NCBI RefSeq assembly: GCF_009914755.1
Contig: NC_060925.1
Strand: one strand, 5' to 3'
Origin: the human T2T-CHM13v2.0 reference genome, Homo sapiens
Length of the DNA stretch: 64,000 bases
Part shown: piece after piece, positions 47,625 to 64,000 of the stretch
Numbering within the stretch: the stretch's first letter is position 1
How the letters are laid out: every line of letters starts with the position of its first letter
Position numbers and translations under genes: made by a program
Notes under the pieces: generated by a model
What the model was told of the DNA's origin: nothing
The model's input: the letters and a program-made list of their open reading frames with translations, nothing else
Database searches by the model: none

Positions 47625-48145
47625 CCCACAGCCTTAGACAGTACTCTGTGTGCAACAAACTGAGGCAAGAAATCACAAAAAAAGAGGAGAGTCAAGATGG
47701 TCAACCAGACACAGTCAGGACGATCTTTTGCCCACAAAGCAGACCATCAAGTAGAACAGCACACTATAAACAGATCTTTGGAAAGCAGGCACTGACAGTG
47801 GACCGAGAAAGGATGCAGGCTGAAACGGGAGAAAGGTGGGAACCCCACCCAGGATTGCTGAGGACCAGGACTCATTTCTGGCCCTGGGTGGTTCCCAGGG
47901 AAGGGGTGAGTAAGATAGGCATGGAGAGGTCCACTGTTGCCATGGTCCTCCAGGATCCTAGCTGCGGGAGATCCTACAGCCCCCATGGACACTTGAGCTG
48001 GAAAAGAGAACTGCTCAGAAAGTTGACAAAGACAGGATTCTTAGCTGCACAGAGCCCAGAGGTTTGGTGCAGTATTGGCTGCAGTGGAGCATGGTCATGG
48101 ATGCCCATCCCCCAAAACTTGCCATAGTCCTCCAAGGCAAAAGTT
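47625..48145 (+). mobile_element. L1 5'UTR fragment (L1M/L1PB-type)
   Basis: GGAGAGTCAAGATGGTCAACCAGACACAGTCAGG type L1 5' end. Confidence 0.55.
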
Positions 48146-48153
48146 TCTTGAAA

Positions 48154-49137
<984 letters not shown>

Positions 49138-49155
49138 TTAAAAAGCTCCAGCACA

Positions 49156-49537
<382 letters not shown>

Positions 49538-49633
49538 CTATGCATCTGAACAGGGATTAATAACCACAATATATAAGAAGCTCAAACAACTCTATAGGAA
49601 AAAAATCTAATAATCTGATCAAAAGATGGGCAA

Positions 49634-49934
49634 GGCTGGGCGCAGCGGCTCACGCCTGTAATCCCAGCACTTTGAGAGGCCGAGGCAGTAGATCACTTGA
49701 GCTCAGGAGTTTGAGACCAGCCTGGCCAACATGGTGAAACCCCATCTCTACTAAAGATACAAAAATTGGCCAGGTGTGGTGGTGTACATCTGTAATCCCA
49801 GACTCAGGTGGCTGAGGTAGGAGAATCGCTTGAACCCAAGAGGCAGAGGTTGCAGTGAGCCAAGATCACACCACTGTACTCCAGCAGCCTAGGTGACAGA
49901 GTAAGATTCTGTCTCCAAAAAAAAAAAAAAAAAA
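49634..49934 (+). mobile_element. AluS
   Basis: Dimer; TSD AAAAGATGGGCAA. Confidence 0.9.
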
Positions 49935-50934
49935 GATGGGCAAAAGATATGAATAGACAGTTCTCAAAAGAAGACACACAAATGGAAAACAGGCATATGA
50001 AAAGATGCTTAACATCACTGATCATCAGAGAAATGCAAATCAAAACTACAATAGGATATCATCTCACCCCAGTTAAAATGGCTTAAATCCAAAAGACAGG
50101 CAATAGCAAATTCTGGCAAGAATATGGAGAAAAAGGAACCCTTGTACACTGTTGGTGGGAATGTAAATTAGTGCAACCACTATGGAGAAAACTTTGGAGA
50201 TTCCTCAAAGGACTAAAAATTGAGCCGCCATATGATCCTGCAATCTCACTGCTGGGTATATACCCAAAAGAAAGGAAACCAGTATATCAAAGAGATATCT
50301 GCACTCCCATGTTTGTTGCAGTGCTGCTTACAATAACTAAGATGTGGAAGCAACCTAAGTGTCCATCAACAAATGAATGCATAAAGAAAATGTGCTAATA
50401 TACACACACTGGGGTACTATTTTGCCAAAAAAAAAAAAAAAAAAAAGAATGAGATCCAGTCGTTTGCAGCAACAACACGGATGGAACTGGAGATCATGAT
50501 GTTAAGCAAAATAAGCCAGGCACAGAAAAACAAATATCGCATGTTCTCACTTATCTGTGGGATATAAAAATCAAAACAACTGAACTCATGGGCATAGAGA
50601 GTCGAAGGATGGTTACCAGAGGTGGGGAAAAGTAGTGGCGAGCTGGAGGAGAGGTGGAGACAGTTAATGGCTGACAAAAAAAAAATACTTAGAAAGAATA
50701 AAAAAGACATACTATTTGATAGCACAAGGTGTCTACAGTCAATGATAACTTAATTGTACATTTTAACGTAACTTAAAGAGTGTAATTTGATTGTAACTCA
50801 AAGGATAAATGCCTGATACCCCATTCTCCATGAGGTGCTTATTTCACATTGCATACCTGTATCAAAACATCTCATGTAATCCATAGATATATACACCTTG
50901 TATGTCCCCAAGAAAGTTAAAGAAGACAAAAAAA

Positions 50935-51765
50935 GGTAACAAATGCTGGCAAGGATATGGAAAAAAAGAGAATCCTTGTACACAGCTGGTGGGAATGTCA
51001 ACTAGTACAACTACTATGGAGAACAGTTTGAAGGTCTTTCAAAAAAAAACTAAAAAGAAACCTGCCATATGATCCAGCAATCCTCCTGCTAGGTATATAG
51101 CCAAAAGAAAGGAAACCAGTATGTCAAAGAGATATCCACACTCTCGTTTGTTGTAGCACTGTTTACGATAGCCAAAATTTGGAAACAACCTAAGTGTCCA
51201 TCAACAGATGAATGCATAAAGAAAATGTACATACACACAGTGGAGAACTATTCAGCCATAAGAAAGCATGAGAGCCTGTCATCTGCAATAACATGGGTGG
51301 AACTAGAAGTCATTAAGCTAAGTGAAATAAGCCAGGCACAGAAAGACAAACAGCACAAGTTCTTACTTATTTGTGGGATCTAAAAATCAAAACAACTGAA
51401 CTCATGGACATGAGTCAAAGGATGGTTACCAGAGGTTGGGAAGTGTAGTCAGGGGGACTAGGGAAGAGGTGGGGATGGTTAATGCGTATTTAAAAAACAG
51501 AAAGAATAAGTAAGACCTAGCATGTGACAGCACAACAGGATGATTATAGTCAGCAATAATTTAATTGTACACTTTAAAGCAACTAAGTATAATTGGATTA
51601 TTTGTAATACAAAGGGTAAATGCTTGAGGGGATGGACACCCCATTCTCCATGATGTAATTATTACAAATTGCATCCCTGTATCAAAATATCTCCTGTACC
51701 CCATAAATATACATACTTAGTATGTACCCACAAAAATTAAAAATAAAAAAATTAAGAAAAAAAAC
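50935..51765 (+). mobile_element. Second L1MA 3' end
   Basis: Repeats the same L1MA segment as ~50100-50930 and ends GTACCCACAAAAATTAAAAATAAAAAA. Confidence 0.85.
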
Positions 51766-53240
<1,475 letters not shown>

Positions 53241-53350
53241 AACTGGTGAATGATGAAGGTCTGAATATGAAGGTAATAAATTACATGCCTTAAAGTAATA
53301 TGAAACCTTTTATACCGTACATTATTTATACTGTTATTTTTTAAATTTGA

Positions 53351-54050
<700 letters not shown>

Positions 54051-54098
54051 CTTATTATTTCAAACAAAAATTAATATATACTTAAAAAAAGAAACCAC

Positions 54099-54394
<296 letters not shown>

Positions 54395-54449
<55 letters not shown>

Positions 54450-54475
54450 TACACACACATACACACACACACACA
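54395..54475. repeat. Compound (GT)n(TA)n(CA)n microsatellite
   Basis: Direct reading; about 22 TA units. Confidence 0.95.
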
Positions 54476-54941
54476 AACATCTTTTCGGCACAGTATTAAT
54501 GGTGTACTAATAGTAACATTAAGCTACTAAAAACTCAAGAGGTAAAACTATGCAGCCATAAAAAAAGAGCAAAATTCTGCTTCATGATAGTTAATCTACA
54601 AAGAATAAGAAAAAATAATCAAAACTGCAGTCACATCTCTGAGCAGAAGTTAGAAAAGATCAGAACACCAGAACTGCACAAGGTCTGTTTATTCACCTGG
54701 ACGGTGAGCCCATGACTTTAAAGTCTTATCATTTAAACTTAGCATAAAACAATTTATTCCAAGAATTATCTACGATTTTTTCAGGTCATATCACCCAATT
54801 CACTCATTTTTCAACCAAGAAAATCAAAATCTCACATTCAAATCATGGAATAAAATTCTTAAATACTTACCCAAACTGGAATGATAACCCAGCAAGATTT
54901 TATAAAGATGAACCCTGTGCTCAGTAGGTTAAATAGGTTCC

Positions 54942-55081
54942 CAAGCTTGGGGGCCACTCTCAAGGTGGAGATACAGCCCAAGGTGGTTCATTCCTAGGGA
55001 ATGAGTGAAGGCAAGCTTGGGGGCCACTCTCAAGGTGGAGATACAGCCCAAGGTGGTTCATTCCTAGGGAATGAGTGAAGG
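54942..55081. repeat. Perfect 70-bp tandem duplication
   Basis: CAAGCTTGGGGGCCACTCTC...GAATGAGTGAAGG at 54942 and 55012. Confidence 0.95.
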
Positions 55082-55219
55082 AAGCCTGAGCAATTGGAAA
55101 TTTAATTCTGGGAGCTCCACACACCCTATTTATCCCCTGCTCACAGTGAGGAAATGCTTTCTTCTCCAGGGTCTCAATTCTCACCAGTGACCACTCTCCC
55201 AGAGTCAGGTGAAGGCTCT

Positions 55220-55620
55220 GATCTGTGAGTCCTTTTTCTGATACCAAATGTGTGGACTTTGCTGAACACCAACCAATTCTCCAACACCTACTAATTGTCC
55301 AACAATTAAATTCCAACACCACTCAGAGTCAACACATACCCCATAAGCTCACAGATCAGTTCCACAACACTGCCCACATTGCACATGCCAGTTGCAAGCC
55401 TGAGGGGCCCATCTATCCTTCTGACCAATTGCTCATAAGTCAGAGGTTCCCATCACCCCTTCCTCAGGTTTGATAACGTGAAAAACAACTATGCCCAGAA
55501 CTCAGCAAAAACAATTTACTGATGTTTACCAGTGTATTATACAAGATGTGACTCAGGAACAACTCAATGGAAGAGTTGTAGAGGACACGGGAACATAGCA
55601 GGGGAAGATGGGGTGAGTAG
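55220..55620 (-). mobile_element. MER21-type LTR fragment
   Basis: ACACCAACCAATTCTCCAACAC..CCACAACACTGCCC..TTTACCAGTGTATTATA..ACTCAGGAACA. Confidence 0.55.
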
Positions 55621-55629
55621 GTAATCCTG

Positions 55630-56155
55630 TTAAATATATGCAAGTTAAAAAACAAACAACAAAAACATTCTTTGTGTTCTCCAGGAACAGCTTGGTGAAA
55701 ACAAACACCTTCTCATTATGACTTAGATGATGCTTCCTTTACGTACAATAAAGCCAGAAACAGACAGCGTAATTTTTTTTTCGCCTCTTAACTAATTAGC
55801 TGACCAAATTTGTCTTCAGTGGTCAGAACAAAATACTTGCTAACCAAATTTTACTTAAGTTTCCCTCCTTCCCTCAGGCCCCTGAACTCTGATATACCCT
55901 CAGCCTGAGCCAACATACAACCCCTCTTTATGCCTCTCCTGTGAACAGGCTGACCTCAGGGTGAAATGTTCTCTGATCTAGAATCCATCCGGCCCTCTTC
56001 CTCTCCTCTTTTTTCTAATCTAGTTTGCTCCTTCCTATGAAAGAAAGCCCTTTTCTGCCTAACCTTTAACATGCTTGCCACTGTTATACCCAGTGTTTTT
56101 CCTCATTGCAATACTTCAGAATAAACTCCCTTCTTACATAATTCTGAATTTACTT
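55630..56155 (+). mobile_element. Old LTR-like element (family unresolved)
   Basis: CCTATGAAAG TATA-like box, CATTGCAATA..GAATAAACTC poly(A) region typical of LTR R/U5. Confidence 0.5.
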
Positions 56156-56160
56156 TATTG

Positions 56161-56492
56161 CAGCAGTTCCCCACCTTTTTGGCATCAGGGATCAGTTTCA
56201 TAGAACACAGATTTTCCATGGATGGTGGGGATAGTTTTGGGACCACACTGTTCTACCTCAGATCATCAGGCATTAGATTCTCATAAGGAGCACACAACCT
56301 AGATCCCTCCCATGCACAGTTCACAGTAGGGTTCGTGCTCCTCTGAGATTCTAAAGCCACCACTGATCTGACAGGAGAAGGAGCTCAGGTGGTAATGTTC
56401 ACTCACCTGCTGCTCACCTCCTGCTGCATGGCCTGGATCCTAACAGGCCACCGACAGGTACTGCTCCATGGCCCAGGGGTTGGGGACCCCTG
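56161..56492. mobile_element. MER1B (hAT-Charlie MITE)
   Basis: CAGCAGTTCCCCACC...GGTTGGGGACCCCTG termini; perfect 8-bp TSD CTTTATTG. Confidence 0.9.
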
Positions 56493-57054
56493 CTTTATTG
56501 AATAATGTCTAGAAAGAATGCCAGGACAATGAAAATTACACCCTTAAAAAGGGGATCTCATCCTTTCAATCCAGGCCCAACCACATCCACCTGTGAACAC
56601 CAGATTTCCAGAACTCTGTAGCTTCTCTCAATATAAAGAGCTCCTTTCATGGCTGAGGTGAGCAGGCTGGGACATCTGTAAAGGGAGGCTCCCAAGGAAG
56701 AACTGAGTGAGGCACTTACGTTTAATACCTCAACTGGAAAAGCCAAAGTATCTATCCCTATCATATAATAAATATGTCATTTATTTATTATTTCCATGAT
56801 AACAAATCATCTCCAGGAGTTGCCAAGTCCTATCCCATAAAACTTAGCATTAAACTCCAATGTCCAGATAACAGGATAAAAAACAGGGTTATCCACTGTT
56901 ATAAATTCTCCACCCTGCAAAAAGGAGGCACTGATGTTTTGATAAATATTTATAATTCACCAATTTATCTACAACACTTGCTTGTGGAAATGTATTCATT
57001 TTTCTGCAGCCATAATGGAAAAGAGATTTTTCATATTTTTCCCTGGTAACATTT

Positions 57055-57423
57055 TGATATAGTTTGGCTGTGTCCCTACTCAAATCTCATCTTGAATTGT
57101 AACTCCCACAATTCCCACATGTGGCAGGAACGTGGTGGGAGGTAATTGAATCATGGGGGCAGGTCTTTCCCCTGCTGTTCTGGTGATAGCGAATACGTTT
57201 CATGAGATCTGATGGTTTTAAAAACTGGAGTTTCCCTGCACAAGCTCTCTCTCTCTCTGCCTGCAGCCATCCGCGTAAGACGTGACTTGCTCCTTGTTGC
57301 CTTCCGCATGATTGTCAGGCTTCCCCAGCCATGTGGAAATATAAGTCCTTTAAATCTCTTTCTCTTATAAATTGTCCAGCCTCAGGTATGTCTTTATCAG
57401 CAGCATGAAAACAAACTAATACA
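57055..57423 (+). mobile_element. THE1 solo LTR
   Basis: TGATATAGTTTGGCTGTGTCCC...AAACTAATACA; TSD CATTT/CATTC. Confidence 0.9.
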
Positions 57424-57674
57424 CATTCCCAAAGCAAAGTCCTAGAATTCCATTTGAAATCTCCTTCAAAAAAGAACAGACTTGAGAAACTTACTACACT
57501 CACTCTTGGGAAGAAAAAGGTTAACAAGAATTTTTAACAAATGGAATATGAATAGATTTTTGCCCCCTTGAAATCCACCTCCTTCTTGTCTCTTTGGAAA
57601 TATTTTTTTTTAATCTTTCAAGCTCTCTGAATAAAACATATTTTAAAGTTAATGAAAAACTGAAACTGAACTAA

Positions 57675-58163
<489 letters not shown>

Positions 58164-58204
58164 GTGTGCCTGAATTTCTAAGCCCTTTTCTGCCTAAACT
58201 TTAA

Positions 58205-58568
<364 letters not shown>

Positions 58569-59809
58569 ACTCTCTTCTTACATAATTCTGATGATGGTGC
58601 TTTTCTGGTTCTTGCACCACCTCACTGGGGTGGGTATTCCTTGTCCTTTGAGATAGTTTTTCTCCTTTCCCAAGTCCGAGAAAATCCAGAGCGCAGGAAT
58701 CATTTCTAGATTTTTCCCTTAATACCAGCATCTGACTGGCTGCCACCAACGTGTCTCCAAGGAATGATGAAAACTGGGGTTGGAGGAAGAAAATCCCAAT
58801 GCACCAGGGATTTGTTTTTTAAACGAAGAGTATACTAGGAGACGTCTCTCAACTCCAGGGCACCCAGATGCTGCCTGGAGAGGCTCTACTTCCATATTTT
58901 AAACTGTCCTCTGTGAGGAGATGACCCAGGAGAAGGTATTCATTAGACACTCCAAGAGATCTGGCTGCTAAACAGAGGACCAAGAAAAGATATAAGGGTG
59001 GCTGAGGACATATCACCCTCTAAAGTTTCCAAAAGGGAACTTCACCCCAAAGATACTCTGGTAAGATGTGCACACTCAAAAAAGATAAAATTAGGAGATG
59101 CACAAAGACTTTTTTTTTCTACAATTAACTGTCAGGTGATTATTTTCTGCTTTCCACTCATGTGTAATGTTCAGAAATATTTTAAGAGTGAAAACAAATA
59201 TTTTCAGAACGACTCACTACTCTGAAAAAAATAACACACTTCATCTGTATGAAATGTACAATAAAAGACAAATACTTGATAATGTTGCATTTGAATATAG
59301 GAAAAGAATTGGAAATTTAGGGTTTTACTACAAGCCCCAGAAGAGTTAGGCTGTGGGAACAGGGTCGTTGATGTGAGATCCTGTTGCCATACACTTAGAA
59401 ATGTGGAGTGTTATGTGAAAATAATTAAACACAGGCACTAGGGAGACTGAGGTGGGGGGATCGCTTGAGCCCGAGTCCAAGACTCCATCATACACATGTA
59501 CATACACACATGAATGAATAAACAACCAACCAAAACGTAACTCATGCTTGTCTTGTAAATTAATAACTTAAAGGGAAACAAAACAGCCTTAAACAACCAC
59601 GAACCCACCAATTAACCTCTGGTTACATAACCAGGAGATATCTGGCTGCACAGTCTATATGGGGTGACTACATAACTGTACACGATCAATTATTTAATTG
59701 GGTTTGCTTCCTCGGGTTCCTTACAAAAAACCCTTTCCTTCCCCAAACCACAAACCACGCTGGTGGCTTCCTAACTCACGACTCTCTGCTCAAATAAACT
59801 CCTTAATAT

Positions 59810-60600
59810 TTTAACGGCGCCTCAGTTTTCTTTCTAACAGGAGAAAGGAGGATTTGGAGACTTCACAGACCACAGCTCCTCCCACGCAGGAACCCCGAAC
59901 CCCAAGTCGGGACTCTCCCCTGAGGACCCTCCCGTCGGCACCGCACGATCCGAGGGAGATGCGGGTCTACAGAGGCAGAGCTGCCCAGAAAGGGTTCCGG
60001 GCCTGGCCGAAGCGGCGGGGCAGGGACAAGCCAGGCGGCCCGGGGTCTGGCTGCGGGTCCAGCCCCGCATCCTGTGCCACTAAGGCCGCGAGGCGCCGGC
60101 GGAAACTCGGGTCGGCACCGCGGGGAGGTCCGGGTTCGCCACAACCGCTTCCTGGCGGTTCCCTTTTCCCCTTCCCGAGACACCTGGCCGGCACACTCAC
60201 CATTTCCCAGTCTCCGGTGTCTGGGGTCCTCCCTAAGGACCTTCCGGGACCTGCAGGTCCCAGAGCAACAGAAGCTGCCGCGGGACCACTTGGACCTCCC
60301 AGGGATAAGGGGAAGGAGCAGCGGAGACGCACCGAGCTCGCCACATTCGCGCTGCCCAACACAAAAGCCGCGCCAGGTCCCGGAAGCTGCTCCCTCCTTT
60401 CGCGGCGCGCTTGAGAGTACAGTCCCCTTCCCAGCGCCCGATTGGACAGGGCCTTAGGCCCCGCCCCTTCAGTCCTGAGTGACGGGAGATGCAATCAGAC
60501 ACGGCGCTGAGTGAGGCCAGGTTCTTTCCCTGCAGTCCTTTTCTAAGGCATGGATTCTGCCCTGTGCTGAGACCTGGCGCCCCCCGGGGGACTTTCCCAT
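59810..60600 (-). promoter_or_regulatory. CpG-island promoter of ZNF670
   Basis: Dense CpG; CCAAT box (ATTGG 60441-60445), GC box GGCCCCGCCCC 60457-60467, ETS-like CCGGAAG 60380-60386. Confidence 0.88.
60201..60420 (-). CDS. ZNF670: ZNF670 exon 1 (5'UTR; only the ATG 60203-60201 is coding; TSS approximate)
   Basis: TGGGAAATG|GTGAGTGTGC, the usual KRAB-ZNF first-exon end; phase 0 fits exon 2 (M-DSVSFEDV). Confidence 0.85.
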
Positions 60601-60819
60601 TCAAGCTCATACACAGGATTATGTCCATTTATGAGTAATATTTGTGATATTTACAATTGGAAACACTATGATGACAATTATTCTAAAATTTCAGATTTCA
60701 CAACCTTCCTGGCCTCTGGTCTTTTGAGGAGGCAGCCTGAATTTTTTTTTTTTTCTTGCTTCTAGTGGGATTAGAGGCAGCTTGAATTTTGAAAAGACAA
60801 TGTCCTCTCAGGTAGCAAC

Positions 60820-61500
60820 GCCCCATAGAAATAAAATGTGAGCCGCGTGTGTTCCAGTAGCAATAGAAAAGAAAACAACACGTGAAATTGATTACAATGA
60901 TTTATTTAACCAAATATATCCAAAAATATTGTTTCAATATATGATCGATGTTAAGCTCGCGCCTAATTGAAGAGACTACCCAAACAGGTTAAGTGTGAGC
61001 AGCAAGGCTAGTTTACTCACTCGGGTGCGAGCGGGCTGAGTCCGAAAAGAGGGTCAGCGGAGGGTCGTGGGATTGGAGTTAGTTTTATAGGTGAGGGGTA
61101 AGCAGTGGAAAGTTACAGTCAGGGGCCGTTTATTACCGGCGGGGGAAGAATGTCACAAAGTACATTGTCACAAGAGGGAGGGGTCACAGTGTCACTAGGC
61201 TGATTGATCAGTTAGGGTAGTGCACGTCACAACGGTAAAATGCTGCAAGGTTGGCTAATCAGCTAAGACAGAAACTAGCCGTTTTTCTTCCTTTGTGGTT
61301 TTCCTGTTGTCCCAGACTTTCTGGCTCCAGGACCTTCTGGATGTACACGTGTGGGTCACAGGGATCACAATGGCTTGACCATGGCGCAGCCTGCTCAGAC
61401 GGCCTTACAATCGATATATTATTAATGAAAAATCACTCTATATATTAAGCTTCCAGCATGTTTCAATTCAGCCTGCACATTTGGATACACGTGTCTGGTT
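60820..61500. mobile_element. MER33-like DNA transposon remnant, split by the LTR
   Basis: ATAGAAATAAAATGTGAGCC..GTGAAATTGATT..TATTTAACCAAATATATCCAAAA. Confidence 0.55.
60949..61409 (-). mobile_element. Solo LTR7C (HERV-H family LTR)
   Basis: Minus strand starts TGTAAGGCCGTCTGAGCAGGCTGCGCCATGGTCAAGCC; GCGGGCTGAGTCCGAAAAGAG core; 5-bp TSD ATCGA at 60944-60948 and 61410-61414. Confidence 0.85.
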
Positions 61501-61894
61501 TTACCACTTTATTTTAAGGTTGTTCGGGAATGTCTGCCTGTTCCTTTCATGTAACTGTTCATTATTTATTGATTACTATTTCTTAATTTCACTTATCTCA
61601 GTGAGAGTTGCCAAATAGTGGTTTTCTAATTATTTTCTCTACAGGTATTAGTTCTCATTCTTCTATTAAAAATGGCGTTTTCTCATGAACTCTCTCCATT
61701 ACATTAAAACCTACCCTATTAGGAAAGGAAGAATAAAAGCTTGATTCTCCCTTTAATCAATTGTCATAACAATGACGGCGTGGCCTCAGCAAACAAAAAA
61801 AATGTGAGTGACTTTTTTCTAACCTTATTTTTTGTGTATTTAATGAGATTCCATACACTGCAGTCTGTATCTATTTTTTGAGCTCAAATTATCC

Positions 61895-62263
<369 letters not shown>

Positions 62264-62459
62264 TGAGAGCTTTCTTATTTTCTGGAGCAGACAGAAACTG
62301 TGTGCTTCCCTTTTTCTGTTATATACGTTGCAAAAAGATGACCATTTGGCATTTTCCTTTTTACTTGGCTTATGGCGTTTCCTAACACTCACAATATTCT
62401 GGTTTTATATTGTATCTTTATCAATGTTTTAATTTAATATTTCTTGGTTTTAGTCATAA

Positions 62460-62823
<364 letters not shown>

Positions 62824-63639
62824 TCACCCTTTTTTGTTAAAGGCATGTTAGGTAGGTAAGTATTCACTTCTTGCTTACGTGACAATTTTTGCCAGGTCCA
62901 TTAATATTTATTTCATTATTTTTGGCTCTACTCAAGCTGTGGAAATTTTGCTCTCATCTTCGTAAATTATCTCTTTTTTTCTCTGATTTTTAGTGTTTTC
63001 CTTCTCTTTGGTGTTATGCACCTTGACTATTATTTAAGTAATTTTTTTTGACACATTGCATTTCTGAATTCAAGGATTTATGTCTGATGTTCAATTTTAA
63101 AAACTTATAAATCACCGACTCTTTGAGTACTTACTTGAATTATTTTAATATAGTCTAGAAAAACAATTAGATTTGTTTTATTCTCTCTCATTTCACTTCT
63201 ATGTTTAATTATATTTGTATTTTATATTTTTTCTCCTTCTACTATTTTTATTTTGCTCAATATACCAGTTAAGTAATGTTCTCATCAGCTCAGAATAACT
63301 TAACATTTAACCCATATGTTGTATATTAAGCATATTAATTACATTTTCAATTATTTACTTCATATTTAGCTCTTTTCCAAATATGGCTTGTCAAGCGGAG
63401 AGTTTCTTGTTCTTTGCACACTATTATATTTTTTCTGTTTCCCTCATTGTATTGAAAAACATTTTAAATGTAAGTTCTATAACTGTAACATAAGTTGTAA
63501 TTCGGATCTCCCTTACGGGCGCAATCACTTTTGAAATGTCTGCCGTCAGCTTATGTGTTTTTCCATTTGCTTTATGGCAATGGGAAATCTACATGGATGT
63601 GGTATATGTGTGATCACCAATATATAAAAGAAACGCTTC

Positions 63640-64000
63640 CTTTTTTTTTCTTGCATTTTTTAATTATACTTTAAGTTCTGGGGTACATGTGCAGAACATG
63701 CAGTTTTGTTACATAGGTATACACGTGCCATGGTGGTTTGCTGCACCCATCAACCCATCATCTACATTAGGTATTTATTTCTCCTGATGCTATCCCTCCC
63801 CTAGCCCCCATCCCCCAACAGGCTCTGGTGTGTAATGTTCCCCTCCCTGCATCCATGTGTTCTCACTGTTCAACTCCCACCTATGAGTGAGAACATGTGG
63901 TTCTTGGTTTTCTGTTCTTGTGTTAGTTTGCTGAGAATGATGGTTTCCAGCTTCATCCATGTCCCTGCAAAGGACACGAACTCATCTTTTTTATGGTTGC
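63640..64000 (-). mobile_element. L1PA 3' end, runs past window edge
   Basis: TTATACTTTAAGTTCTGGGGTACATGTGCAGAAC...CCCACCTATGAGTGAGAACATG. Confidence 0.92.

Noticed and set aside
59834-60628. ORFs up to 186 aa on both strands
   Set aside because: Stop-poor CpG island; low-complexity P/G/R/A translations with no domain

Overview
Human (primate) genomic DNA, very repeat-rich. It holds one complete protein-coding gene on the minus strand: a 4-exon KRAB C2H2 zinc-finger gene (exon-1 ATG 60203-60201, KRAB-A exon 21133-21007, 61-bp exon 20466-20406, finger exon 20023-19045; 389 aa), which I recognise as ZNF670 (1q44). Its promoter is a CpG island at ~59.8-60.6 kb. Downstream lie an internally deleted HERV-K(HML-3)/MER9 provirus with both LTRs and a 6-bp TSD, and an SVA cut short by a new poly(A) signal. 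The 39-kb first intron holds a PRIM1 processed pseudogene, two fused convergent MaLR elements, several L1s, many Alus (one perfect AluYa5), solo LTRs, a ~100-bp-arm hairpin and a CpG-decayed fossil copy of the gene's own promoter/exon-1 module, 14.5 kb inside the intron, with ATG and splice donor intact. An LTR7C solo LTR sits just upstream of the promoter in the gene's orientation. I see no convincing new biological system; the best leads are the fossil first exon, the hairpin and the truncated SVA. Subfamily calls and old-repeat boundaries are by eye from recalled consensuses.
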